Source: Bacteroidales bacterium (GTDB lineage Bacteria > Bacteroidota > Bacteroidia > Bacteroidales > UBA932). From it: a stretch of 64,000 nt of DNA. Numbering within the stretch: the first letter of the stretch is position 1; the number at the start of each line of letters is the position of its first letter. Below, piece after piece: positions 45,298-54,804 of the stretch. Location: positions 42,719-106,718 of the forward strand of contig JAFZOU010000011.1 of the NCBI GenBank assembly GCA_017550525.1. Direction: 5' to 3'. The notes beneath the pieces were generated by a model. That model was not told the origin of the DNA. It ran no database searches and saw nothing but the letters and a program-made list of their open reading frames with translations. The translations under genes and the position numbers were made by a program.

Positions 45298-47619
45298 ATG
45301 ACAGATCAGAATAAGAAGAAGTTCACCAGATGGTTCTGGATCATTATCACCGCTCCGGTGGTGGCAATCATCGGCCTGCTTTGCATAGTTTGGGCTTTTG
45401 CCGACATCCCTTCCCTGGAAGAGCTTGAGAACCCTGATTCCAAGCTTGCAACCCAGGTCATAGCGGAAGAAGGAGAGATCCTTACCACTTATCATATAGA
45501 GAACCGCACGTTCGTGAGCTACGACGAACTTGCCCCCTCGCTGGTCCAGGCTGCCGTCGCCACTGAAGACAAACGTTTCTATAAGCACTCCGGAGTGGAC
45601 CTCCAGTCCCTCGGCCGCGTTCTGTTCAAGACCCTCCTTTCCAGGGACTCCTCCCAGGGAGGCGGATCCACAATAACCCAGCAGCTTGCAAAGACCCTCT
45701 ATCCTCGCGGAGAGCGCGTGGGCAAGGTAAAGATGATATGGATTAAATTAAAGGAGTGGATCACCGCTATCAAGCTGGAGCGCAACTACACCAAGGAAGA
45801 GATAGTTGACATGTACCTCAACGCAATCTTCTTCGGGTCCAACTCTTACGGAATATCATCGGCCGCAAACCAGTTCTTCGGGAAAAAGCCCTCAGAACTC
45901 CTCACCCAGGAAAGCGCCGTGCTGGTGGGAATGGTGAACAAACCAACCCGCTACAACCCCGCCATCAACCCGGATAACGCCCTCAAGCGTCGTAACCTTG
46001 TGCTGGACCGCATGAGGGAGATGAAATACCTCACCAAGGCGGAATGCGACTCCCTCCAGGCCCTCCCCATAGAGCTTCACGCCCGTCAGGGAGACCGTAC
46101 CACCGGAGTGGGCCCCTATTTCAGGGATATGCTGAGGCGTACCTTATCGGCCAAAGAGCCCAAACGCTCCTCCTATTATATGATAGAGGATTACAGGGCC
46201 GATTCCCTCCTCTGGGCCGATGACCCCCTTTACGGCTGGCTTAACAAGAACTCCAAGAGCGACGGAACGCCCTATGACTTGGACAGTGACGGCCTGAGGA
46301 TATACACAACCATCAATTACAAGATGCAGAAATACGCGGAAGAAGCAATCGCAGAGCATCTTGGAAAGGACCTCCAGAAAGCCTTTGACAGGGAACTGAA
46401 GTACCGCAGGAATCCTCCTTTCATGGCCGATACTGAAAAATCCGTCATCGAGACCACCATGAAGCAGGCCCGCCGCTGGAGCGACCGAACCCGCATGATG
46501 AAGGCTTCGGGCGCCACGGACGCAGAGATTGAGGCTTCCTTCAATGAGCCCGTAAAGATGAGGGTGTTCACCTGGGACAAAACCGGCTACAGGGACACCG
46601 TAATGACGCCTAATGATTCCATCCGTTACTATAAGTCATTCTTCCGCGCGGCATTTATGGCCATAGAGCCGGGAACTGGCTATATCAAGGCTTATGTGGG
46701 CGGCCCGGATTACCGCTATTTCAAGTACGACAACGTCCGTCAGGGCAAACGTCAGGTTGGTTCAACCGTGAAGCCCTTCATCTATACCCAGGCCATGGAG
46801 TCCGGCATGACTCCCTGTGACCAGGTCCTCAACTCCCCGGTCGTGATTGTCATAAACAAGGACGGAGACACATGGTCTCCACAGGACCCTCACGCAGACG
46901 GTACCATGGTGGATCTCACCTGGGGCCTTGCGCACAGCTCCAACTCAGTATCGGCCTATCTCATGAAGCAGCTGGGCGCAGAGTCCATGGTGTCCATGAT
47001 GAGAAAGATGGGCATTTCCGGATTCATTGACCCCGTGGTGTCACTTTGCGTAGGCGCCGCAGACCTTTCAGTGTATGATATGGTCACCGCGTACAACACC
47101 TTCCCTTCTGGAGGCGTATACACCAATCCCATGTTTGTGACGCGCATTGAGGACAGCGAAGGAAACATCCTGGGGCAGTTCTCTACCCGTAAGCATGAGG
47201 CCCTTTCGCAGCGCGCCACAGGAGAGATGCTCACCATGATGAGGGCTGTGGTGGACCACGGCACCGGTGTAAGGCTGCGTCTCAAGTACGGCCTCAAGGG
47301 AGAGATAGCAGGTAAGACCGGTACCACCAACGACAACTCCGACGGCTGGTTCATAGGCTACACTCCCCGTATCACTGCCGGAATATGGGTTGGCTGCGAA
47401 GACCGCTACGTGCGCTTTGCAAACAACAGTCTGGGACAGGGTGCCAACATGGCCCTTCCCATTTGGGGGCTTTGGATGAAAAAAGTACTGAAGGACGGCA
47501 CCCTGGGCATATCTGAGGAAGATGTTTTCCCGGATGAACTGAAGGGCTACTGGTGCACGCCCGCCACTGAAGAGCAGACCCCGGAAAAAGAAGATCTTGA
47601 AAATTATTACTTCGAATAA
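45298..47619 (+). CDS. mrcA: penicillin-binding protein 1A (bifunctional glycosyltransferase/transpeptidase)
   Basis: The GT51 motifs EDKRFYKHSGVD and GGSTITQQLAK are present, with the transpeptidase motifs STVKP, SSN and KTGTT. I prefer ATG 45298. Confidence 0.9.
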   Translation: MTDQNKKKFTRWFWIIITAPVVAIIGLLCIVWAFADIPSLEELENPDSKLATQVIAEEGEILTTYHIENRTFVSYDELAPSLVQAAVATEDKRFYKHSGVDLQSLGRVLFKTLLSRDSSQGGGSTITQQLAKTLYPRGERVGKVKMIWIKLKEWITAIKLERNYTKEEIVDMYLNAIFFGSNSYGISSAANQFFGKKPSELLTQESAVLVGMVNKPTRYNPAINPDNALKRRNLVLDRMREMKYLTKAECDSLQALPIELHARQGDRTTGVGPYFRDMLRRTLSAKEPKRSSYYMIEDYRADSLLWADDPLYGWLNKNSKSDGTPYDLDSDGLRIYTTINYKMQKYAEEAIAEHLGKDLQKAFDRELKYRRNPPFMADTEKSVIETTMKQARRWSDRTRMMKASGATDAEIEASFNEPVKMRVFTWDKTGYRDTVMTPNDSIRYYKSFFRAAFMAIEPGTGYIKAYVGGPDYRYFKYDNVRQGKRQVGSTVKPFIYTQAMESGMTPCDQVLNSPVVIVINKDGDTWSPQDPHADGTMVDLTWGLAHSSNSVSAYLMKQLGAESMVSMMRKMGISGFIDPVVSLCVGAADLSVYDMVTAYNTFPSGGVYTNPMFVTRIEDSEGNILGQFSTRKHEALSQRATGEMLTMMRAVVDHGTGVRLRLKYGLKGEIAGKTGTTNDNSDGWFIGYTPRITAGIWVGCEDRYVRFANNSLGQGANMALPIWGLWMKKVLKDGTLGISEEDVFPDELKGYWCTPATEEQTPEKEDLENYYFE

Positions 47620-48638
47620 TGGCAAATTATAAGTCAATTGCAGTTATTTACGGTTCAGACTCCTCAGAGTGGGAGGTCTCCTGCCGCAGCGGAGAGTTCA
47701 TCGCCTCCCGTATAGACGAGTTCAAGTATGACGTCTATGAAATCCTGGCACGCTTTGGAAAGTGGAAGCTGGTTGCCATGCGCAAGGCCAATTCCATGCG
47801 CATACCCTTCCCTGAAGGAGCACAGCCAGAGATTGACAAGACGGATTTTTCCGTAATGGTACTTGGAGAGAAGGTCCAGCTGGACTTTGCATATATCATG
47901 CAGCACGGCGCTCCCGGTGAGACCGGCCTCCTGCAGGGCTACCTTGAGATGCTGGGAATTCCCCACTCCACCTGCAGCGCCTTTGTAACAAGCGTGGCCT
48001 TTGACAAATATTCCTGCAAAAGGTATATCCAGGATGCAGATTACGTGAAGTTCGCTCCTGACTGTGTGATCCGCCGTGGAGAGGATGTCCATAATTTCTG
48101 CAAGATGGTTTCGGAAAGGCTCCGTTTCCCCGTGTTTGTAAAGCCTACGGACAACGGCTCCAGCTTTGGCATTTCCAAAGTGACCAAACCGGAGGACCTT
48201 CCGTCGGCCATAGGTTTTGCCTTCTCAGAGGGCCGCACCGTAATGGTAGAACAGGGCATCCCCTGTCAGCATGAACTCACATGCGCCGTTTACGCAGACG
48301 GTTCTGAGGTCAAGGCCCTTCCCGTCATTGAGATCATCTCCCAAACCGGATGGTTTGACTATGATGCAAAGTATAACGGCCTCAGCAGCGAGGTCTGCCC
48401 CGCAGAGATTCCGGAAGAGCTTTCCGTCCAAGTCCAGGAGATATCCAAACGCATCTATCAGCACCTTGGATGCAAGGGACTTGTGAGGATAGACTATATA
48501 TCGGCCCCAGACGGAATCTATTTCCTTGAGGTGAACATAATTCCCGGCATGACCAACGCCTCCCTTGTGCCCAAGATGGTGCGCGCCGCCGGAATGGACA
48601 TGACCTACTTCCTGTCTAAGATCATAGACAACGCCTGA
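47619..48638 (+). CDS. ddl: D-alanine--D-alanine ligase
   Basis: ATP-grasp fold. Motifs IAVIYGSDSSEWEVS, GAPGETGLLQGYLEMLGIP and EVNIIPGMT are present. Confidence 0.9.
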   Translation: MANYKSIAVIYGSDSSEWEVSCRSGEFIASRIDEFKYDVYEILARFGKWKLVAMRKANSMRIPFPEGAQPEIDKTDFSVMVLGEKVQLDFAYIMQHGAPGETGLLQGYLEMLGIPHSTCSAFVTSVAFDKYSCKRYIQDADYVKFAPDCVIRRGEDVHNFCKMVSERLRFPVFVKPTDNGSSFGISKVTKPEDLPSAIGFAFSEGRTVMVEQGIPCQHELTCAVYADGSEVKALPVIEIISQTGWFDYDAKYNGLSSEVCPAEIPEELSVQVQEISKRIYQHLGCKGLVRIDYISAPDGIYFLEVNIIPGMTNASLVPKMVRAAGMDMTYFLSKIIDNA

Positions 48639-49540
48639 TGCTCCTTGCCGATTTCATCAAGAAGGGCGTAGCTGCCCTTGAGCCCCTGTATCCCACCGCC
48701 GAAGCCCACAGCATTGTGATGATGCTCTGTGAGAGCCTGCTTGGGACAAAGAGTTATACGCATATAGTGGAGCCCAAGTACGATATAGACCGTAAGGCGG
48801 AGCAGCCTCTGGCCGAGGCTATGCTGCGTCTCCAGGCTGGTGAGCCCATCCAGTATGTGATAGGCCGATCCGATTTCTGCGGCCGCTCTTTCAAGGTGAA
48901 CAGGAACGTTCTCATCCCACGCCCGGAAACCGAGCTGCTGGTGAGGGAGGCCATAAAGATTGCCGGCCGCATCCAGCGTATGAGAATCCCTTACGGCAAA
49001 AGCGCAGAACCCGTGCGCGTGCTGGATCTGTGCACCGGTTCCGGCAACATCGCCTGGTCAGTGGCACTGGGAGTTCCCGGCGCACGCGTAGTGGGCGTGG
49101 ACATCTCTGAACCCGCCCTGGACGCAGCCAGAAGCCAGAATTTCTCTGCCGACCTTAAGGCCACCGGCGCCCTCGCCCCCACTTTTGTGGCGGCCGATAT
49201 CCTGGATACGGAACAGGAGTTCAACTATGGTTCCTTTGACCTTGTCCTGTCAAATCCTCCCTACATCATGGAGAAGGAGCGCGCGCTCCTCAGGAAGAAC
49301 GTGGTGGACTATGAACCGGCATCGGCCCTCTTTGTCCCTGACGACGATCCCCTCCTTTTCTACCGCGCCGTTGCGCGGTGGTCGGAACGCTTCCTGTCGC
49401 CGGAAGGAAAGGGCCTTACTGAGATAAACGAGGTCCTTCCCAAAGAGACCGTGGCGGTTTTCCGGGATTCCGGATTTGGGGAAATTGACGTAGTTAAGGA
49501 CTTTTTTGACAAAAATCGTTTCGTTTTCTATATGAAATAG
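48638..49540 (+). CDS. prmC: peptide chain release factor N5-glutamine methyltransferase
   Basis: The SAM motif VLDLCTGSGNIA, the NPPY motif (LVLSNPPYI) and IPRPETE are present. Confidence 0.9.
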   Translation: MLLADFIKKGVAALEPLYPTAEAHSIVMMLCESLLGTKSYTHIVEPKYDIDRKAEQPLAEAMLRLQAGEPIQYVIGRSDFCGRSFKVNRNVLIPRPETELLVREAIKIAGRIQRMRIPYGKSAEPVRVLDLCTGSGNIAWSVALGVPGARVVGVDISEPALDAARSQNFSADLKATGALAPTFVAADILDTEQEFNYGSFDLVLSNPPYIMEKERALLRKNVVDYEPASALFVPDDDPLLFYRAVARWSERFLSPEGKGLTEINEVLPKETVAVFRDSGFGEIDVVKDFFDKNRFVFYMK

Positions 49541-49569
49541 GCATCTGAGATATCCCAGATGCCTTTTTT
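49540..49569 (+). terminator. rho-independent terminator after prmC
   Basis: GGCATCTG (49540-49547) pairs with CAGATGCC (49556-49563), followed by TTTTTT. Confidence 0.7.
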
Positions 49570-49657
49570 CCGTTTCATCCGTTTCACTATTTTTGAAACG
49601 GATAACTCTTCTCACCTTTGTATCCGGAGCCGGGCTTTAATCCGGATATGAAGTGCT

Positions 49658-50806
49658 ATGAAAAAATATTTGCTTATTGTGACCATGGCTACTGCCGTCA
49701 TCTGCAGTTGCCATAAAACCGATTTTACACCTGACACCGCCCGCGAGGAAGCTCCGCGGTACGTTGCGCTTGAAGACGTGGCGAAGATCTTTGCCGGATT
49801 GCCTATCGGCGTGGAGCAGATGACCGAGGTGCACGACGCCGCATCGGGGAGCGCCGTCAACGGCTACGACGAGGAATACCTTATGAAATACCTTTTTGAG
49901 GCACCTGGAACAGGCGTTGGGGATGTGCCTTCCAAGGCAAGGGAGTATTCAAGGCCACTGAGGGACCTTCTTGTGGAAGCCCTTTCTACAAAGGCCGATA
50001 CAGATGGCGTCCAGTGGCTGGACTCCCTGATGGTATCCGACGTCCAGATATACTGGCCGTTCAGCGATTTCTGGAATGGGACGTCCCTGCCGGTTATCAC
50101 ATTTGACCCCGGGGATCTTGCCACCAGTAACGTCGGCTATGCCCTTAAAGCCGACGGCTCCTACGACAAGGTGCTTGTGGATGAGCAGATGGCCCGCGAA
50201 AGGCCCGTGTGGGTGATGAACCGGAACTCGGATGCGGAGTACAAGTCCCTTGAGATGAGGCGTAGGGAAGACCCCTCCTGGGGAAACGGCGGCGGAGACA
50301 TCATTGTAAGGCCTTCCACCAAGGCCCAGGCCGATATAAAAACCCTGATTCTGCGCTCTTTCACCGTAAGCCGCCAGTACGACAGCTGGTTCGCCGGCGC
50401 GGCTGAATTCTTTGTAAAAGTAGGAAGCATAGAGAATTTCAAGGCATCCACAGAGGCTGAATTAAGACTGTATACTCCCTCCATCACGGATTTTATGGTT
50501 GTAGTGAGACGAAAGCAGGTGGGGCAGGAGATTCCCTTCAACGCCGTACTTATCTCCGAGTGGACAAAGGCCCTTAGCAACTGCGCCTTTATGATAATAG
50601 AGGATGACGGCGGATACCGTACAACCTGGAAGGCAAATGCCATGGTAAAGGTGAGTTCAAAGAGCTACGGCATTGAACTGGAACTGCCCCTGAACTCCCG
50701 CGATGACATTGTGTGGCGCGGTTCCCTCACCCGCAGCTACATAGAAAAGTACAGCGGAGAACTGGGCCATTTTGGCGACATAGACCTTGTCCTGGAACTG
50801 ATTTGA
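49658..50806 (+). CDS. hypothetical lipoprotein
   Basis: 382 aa with lipobox AVICSC. I recognise no family. Confidence 0.55.
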   Translation: MKKYLLIVTMATAVICSCHKTDFTPDTAREEAPRYVALEDVAKIFAGLPIGVEQMTEVHDAASGSAVNGYDEEYLMKYLFEAPGTGVGDVPSKAREYSRPLRDLLVEALSTKADTDGVQWLDSLMVSDVQIYWPFSDFWNGTSLPVITFDPGDLATSNVGYALKADGSYDKVLVDEQMARERPVWVMNRNSDAEYKSLEMRRREDPSWGNGGGDIIVRPSTKAQADIKTLILRSFTVSRQYDSWFAGAAEFFVKVGSIENFKASTEAELRLYTPSITDFMVVVRRKQVGQEIPFNAVLISEWTKALSNCAFMIIEDDGGYRTTWKANAMVKVSSKSYGIELELPLNSRDDIVWRGSLTRSYIEKYSGELGHFGDIDLVLELI

Positions 50807-50848
50807 TGTCTTTTATTTGGAAAACAATAGAATTTTAGTTACTTTTGC

Positions 50849-51040
50849 ATGAGTAAAAAGGTTAAAGAGGTTATCCTTCTGCTGGAAATAAACGGATGGC
50901 ACCATTCAAGAACTCGCGGAAGCCATAAAATCTTCACTAAACCAGGGGCTCCAAGATCTATCCCGATAGCAGGTAAAGAAAGTGATGATATGGCAGAAGG
51001 AACATACAGAAGAATTCTCAGAGAAGCAGGTCTGGATTAA
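50849..51040 (+). CDS. hicA: type II toxin HicA (mRNA interferase)
   Basis: 63 aa. GWHHSRTRGSHKIFTKPG is the HicA/YcfA signature. Confidence 0.85.
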   Translation: MSKKVKEVILLLEINGWHHSRTRGSHKIFTKPGAPRSIPIAGKESDDMAEGTYRRILREAGLD

Positions 51041-51051
51041 AAACTGATAAT

Positions 51052-51459
51052 ATGATGAGAACATTACACGCAGTTATTGAACGGGCAGAGCACAATTACT
51101 CTGCATATGTTGAAGAAGTTGATGGAGTTGGTGGAGTTGGAAGTACTCTGGATGAGGTAAAAAAAAGCCTTGAAGAGGGACTAATAGTCCTAAAAGATGA
51201 TTGTTTGGAGTTTGGGTATGAAGTCCCTGAGGCCCTTGTAGATGACTACAAACTGGTTTTCAGGATGGATACCAAGTCCTTTCTTCAGATGTACTGTAAA
51301 ATTTTTACCAAATCTGCACTGGAGCGTCTCACCGGCATAAACCAAAAGCAGTTATGGCACTATGCCAACGGCTTGTCCAAACCACGCCCTGCACAGGTAA
51401 AAAAGATAGAACGGGCCCTGCATCAGTTAGGAGAAGAACTGATTTCCCTGGAACTATGA
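51052..51459 (+). CDS. hicB: type II antitoxin HicB with a C-terminal HTH
   Basis: The HicB-like N-terminus (LHAVIERAEHNYSAYVEEVDG..GSTLDEVKKSLEEGL) and a C-terminal XRE-like HTH (LERLTGINQKQLWHYANG) are present. It starts 11 nt after hicA. Confidence 0.8.
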   Translation: MMRTLHAVIERAEHNYSAYVEEVDGVGGVGSTLDEVKKSLEEGLIVLKDDCLEFGYEVPEALVDDYKLVFRMDTKSFLQMYCKIFTKSALERLTGINQKQLWHYANGLSKPRPAQVKKIERALHQLGEELISLEL

Positions 51460-51493
51460 GTAGCGTAGCCCTGCCTCTTACCGTTATTACAAA

Positions 51494-51525
51494 TTTGGAT
51501 ATTCGTAATAACTTTTCTATCTTTG
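51494..51525 (+). promoter_or_regulatory. Bacteroidota-type promoter for vapBC
   Basis: TTTG lies at 51494-51497 and TATCTTTG at 51518-51525, 20 nt apart. The ATG is 20 nt downstream. Confidence 0.5.
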
Positions 51526-51545
51526 CCATAGCAAATGAATACGCT

Positions 51546-51854
51546 ATGACAACCAAACTCATCAATATCGGAAACAGCAGAGGGATTGTCATTCCTGCAA
51601 AGCTTCTCAAGAAGTATAAGGTGGATGACAACGCATCAGTATCACTTGAAGAAGAAAACGGCAGGATTTATCTTAAGTTCTCATCGGCCGAGGAAGAACC
51701 CTACACCGGGCCTTACACCGGCCCGTTCAAGGCCCTTGCGCCCTTCAAGGATATGGAAGACCCCTGGGGAGGGGAAGACGCCGTTGAGTATGTCAGAAAA
51801 CTCAGGGATGACAGCAATGCAGAGCCAAGAATAATAGATTGGGGAGACTTATAG
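51546..51854 (+). CDS. AbrB/MazE/SpoVT-family antitoxin (VapB-like)
   Basis: KLINIGNSRGIVIPAKLLKKYKV is the looped-hinge-helix (SpoVT/AbrB) motif. I chose ATG 51546. The gene lies directly upstream of a PIN toxin. Confidence 0.8.
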   Translation: MTTKLINIGNSRGIVIPAKLLKKYKVDDNASVSLEEENGRIYLKFSSAEEEPYTGPYTGPFKALAPFKDMEDPWGGEDAVEYVRKLRDDSNAEPRIIDWGDL

Positions 51855-51855
51855 T

Positions 51856-52248
51856 ATGTATTTACTTGATACAGATATACTGATTTTCACAAAAAGAGGG
51901 AGGCATGGAATTCAAAAGCGCATCAATGATGCCGGGATTTCCAATTGTGTCATTTCTGAAATCAGTTTGGCAGAATTATATGTCGGCGCATTTAAAAATG
52001 CCAATTTAAGAACACTTGAGATGGTCAAAGTCCTGGAGGACACTTTTACAGTTGTTCCTATCACTCCCGCGCTGAAAGATTTTGGAAAAATCAAGGCACA
52101 TCTGGAGTTGACCGGTCAAGTCCTGGACAAAATGGATATTTTCATAGCTGCTACCGCTATGGCTGGCGACTATACCCTTGTCACCCACAACACAAAAAAT
52201 TTCTCCCGCATACTGGGGCTGAAACTTGAAGACTGGACAGAGGAATGA
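51856..52248 (+). CDS. vapC: PIN-domain toxin VapC
   Basis: 130 aa with PIN acidic residues in LLDTDIL, SEISLAEL and DIFIAATA, plus LVTHNTKNF. Confidence 0.85.
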   Translation: MYLLDTDILIFTKRGRHGIQKRINDAGISNCVISEISLAELYVGAFKNANLRTLEMVKVLEDTFTVVPITPALKDFGKIKAHLELTGQVLDKMDIFIAATAMAGDYTLVTHNTKNFSRILGLKLEDWTEE

Positions 52249-54056
52249 CAGCGCTTGAACTACTTGCACCGGCACGTACGGCCGATATTGGGAAAGCCGC
52301 CATTGACTGCGGCGCAGATGCCGTGTACATTGCCGGGCCGGCATTCGGGGCCCGCGCGGCAGCGGGAAACAGCGTTGAGGATATCCGTGACCTCTGCACC
52401 TATGCCCACCGCTATGGAGCAAGGATATTTGTTACGGTAAACACCATTATCTATGAAGAGGAATTGGAGGAGGCCCGTAAACTTGTCCAGGACCTTGCAG
52501 AGGCAGGCGCAGATGCCCTCATTGTGCAGGACCCGGCTGTCATAGAGATGGCCCGCGGCACCGGAATGGCCCTTCACGCCTCCACCCAGTGCGCCATCAG
52601 GACGCCGGAAAAAGCCAAATTTGTGGAAAGCCTGGGATACGGGAGGATTGTGCTTGAACGCCAGCTTTCGCTGGGCCAGGTCCGCACCATACGGGAGGCG
52701 GTATCGTCCGAAATTGAATTCTTTGTGCACGGAGCCCTCTGCGTTTGCTACAGCGGGCAGTGCTACCTTTCAGAATATCTTACCGGAAGAAGCGCAAACC
52801 GTGGGGAATGCGCCCAGGCCTGCCGAAGCCGCTATGACCTCCTTGACGGAAGCGGCAAGGTCCTCATGAGGGACAAGGCCCTCCTTTCGCTGAAGGACTA
52901 CAACCTTCTTCACCGTCTTGAGGATCTGGCCAGTGCAGGAGTATGCTCCTTCAAGATTGAAGGCCGCCTCAAGAGCGAATCCTACGTGAGAAACGTTGTG
53001 ACTACATACAATCAGGCCTTGAATGATCTTATCGCAAAATATCCCGGGAAGTACTCCAGGGCATCTTTCGGACACGTAAGCGGCGGCGTAGTCCCTGACC
53101 TTGAGAAGACTTTCAACCGAGGATACACGGAACTCTTCATTGACGGCACCCGCGGCAAATGGTCATCGATGGATGTCCCCACCCACCTTGGAGAGTACGT
53201 TGGAGAAGTTTCCCGCATCACAAGGGACGGGATAGTCTTAAGTTCATCGGCCCTTGACCTTTCCAACGGAGACGGCTTTGCCTTTGTCAGCGGCAACGAT
53301 ATTGTTGGTTTCCGGGCCGATGTAGCGGAAGGTCTTACCATCCGCTGCCGCGTCCCGGAAGAACTCCGCGAGGGGACAAAACTGTACCGCAACATAAGCG
53401 CCAAATTCCAGAAACGCCTGGAGGCCGCCGCCCCGGTTAGGGAAATAGGCGTAGCGCTGAAAGTCAGCGTCCAGGCCGGTTCACTGACCGCTTCAGCAGT
53501 GTCTGAGGACGGCCGTGAGGTAAGCCGCCGCTTTGATCTGGAGGGGGCTGAACCCGCCAGGGACAAGGCCAGGATGCTGGATATCATCCGCGGTCAGCTT
53601 TCCAAACGGAGCGCCCACTACTCCTTTGAGGTAAAGGATATTGATGCCGATACCACCGTCCCCTTCCTGGCCGCATCCTTCCTCAACGGTATAAGGCGTG
53701 AAATGGCCAAGGAACTGGATGGAATGCCAGTTAAGGCCAATCCCCTTATGATGGGAGCAGTCACTTTAGAATCGGCCCCAAAAGAACTGTCCTACAAAGC
53801 CAATGTGGCAAACTCCATTGACAGGGCCATCTATGCCCAAAGGGGCACTGAGAAGATGGAGGACGCCTATGAGATCTCTCACAGGCCCGGCGCAGAACTT
53901 ATGAGAAGCAAATACTGCGTGCGTTATGAACTGGGGCTGTGCCCCAAACAGGGTAAAAATAAACCGGAGCCCCTGTACCTTCTCAATGCCGGCAAGAGAC
54001 TCCGTCTCACTTTTCACTGCTCAGAGTGCGAGATGACCGTTACAGCAGAGCGTTAG
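52245..54056 (+). CDS. peptidase U32 family protein (collagenase-like; family now linked to RNA hydroxylation/ubiquinone-type chemistry)
   Basis: 603 aa. The N-terminus ELLAPARTADIGKAAIDCGADAVYI and the U32 signature E.FVHGALCVCYSGQCYLS are present. The start overlaps the vapC stop (ATGA). Confidence 0.85.
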   Translation: MTALELLAPARTADIGKAAIDCGADAVYIAGPAFGARAAAGNSVEDIRDLCTYAHRYGARIFVTVNTIIYEEELEEARKLVQDLAEAGADALIVQDPAVIEMARGTGMALHASTQCAIRTPEKAKFVESLGYGRIVLERQLSLGQVRTIREAVSSEIEFFVHGALCVCYSGQCYLSEYLTGRSANRGECAQACRSRYDLLDGSGKVLMRDKALLSLKDYNLLHRLEDLASAGVCSFKIEGRLKSESYVRNVVTTYNQALNDLIAKYPGKYSRASFGHVSGGVVPDLEKTFNRGYTELFIDGTRGKWSSMDVPTHLGEYVGEVSRITRDGIVLSSSALDLSNGDGFAFVSGNDIVGFRADVAEGLTIRCRVPEELREGTKLYRNISAKFQKRLEAAAPVREIGVALKVSVQAGSLTASAVSEDGREVSRRFDLEGAEPARDKARMLDIIRGQLSKRSAHYSFEVKDIDADTTVPFLAASFLNGIRREMAKELDGMPVKANPLMMGAVTLESAPKELSYKANVANSIDRAIYAQRGTEKMEDAYEISHRPGAELMRSKYCVRYELGLCPKQGKNKPEPLYLLNAGKRLRLTFHCSECEMTVTAER

Positions 54057-54726
54057 CCAGCGTAAGGTCCTCAGGGGTGGTTATCTTGATATTGTAGCGT
54101 TCCCCTTCAGTGAAAGTAAGGCGTATTCCGTAGCGCTCCGCCACGGAGGCGTCATCCGTGAAAAGGGTGTCGTACCCCTGGGTATAGGCTTTCTTAAGGC
54201 GCTCGCTCCAGAAAATCTGGGGCGTCTGGGCCCCGAAGAAGCGGCTCCGGTCCACCTCCTCACCGGAAGAGACCAGTTTTCCGGAAGAGTCCTTGTCCAG
54301 GACCTTCAGGGTGTCCGTTACGGGCATAACGGGAATGAGGGCCTCTACTGTATCGGCCTCATCAAACAGCCTTTTTATTGTAGTGGCCGATATAAGCGGC
54401 CTCACGCCGTCATGCACCGCCACAATGGCACCGTCAGGCACATACGCCAGGGCGTTTTTCACGGAATGGAAACGGGTGAATCCGCCCTTCACAAGACGTT
54501 GCGGGCAGGTGAAATTTTCCTTTATGCAGTACTGGCGCCAGGTGGTGACATTGGCCTCCGGAAGCACGGTAATTATATGGAGGTCAGGGACTGCCGCCAT
54601 AAACTTTTCAATGGTTATGCGGAGGATGGGTTTACCCCCCAGTTCAAGGAACTGCTTGGGAACGGCGGTACCCATTCTGGTGCCCACGCCGCCTGCCGTA
54701 ACTATGAGGTATTTTTTTCTCTCCAT
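54040..54726 (-). CDS. ispD: 2-C-methyl-D-erythritol 4-phosphate cytidylyltransferase
   Basis: VTAGGVGTRMG..VPKQFL is the IspD N-terminal motif. The protein is 228 aa. Confidence 0.9.
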   Translation of the reverse strand: MERKKYLIVTAGGVGTRMGTAVPKQFLELGGKPILRITIEKFMAAVPDLHIITVLPEANVTTWRQYCIKENFTCPQRLVKGGFTRFHSVKNALAYVPDGAIVAVHDGVRPLISATTIKRLFDEADTVEALIPVMPVTDTLKVLDKDSSGKLVSSGEEVDRSRFFGAQTPQIFWSERLKKAYTQGYDTLFTDDASVAERYGIRLTFTEGERYNIKITTPEDLTLANALL

Positions 54727-54804
54727 AGCGCAAATACTTTACGCAAATCTAAACAATTTTTAGTAACTTTGAAAGTTAATCGCAAATAGACCTTTACATA
54801 GCAT

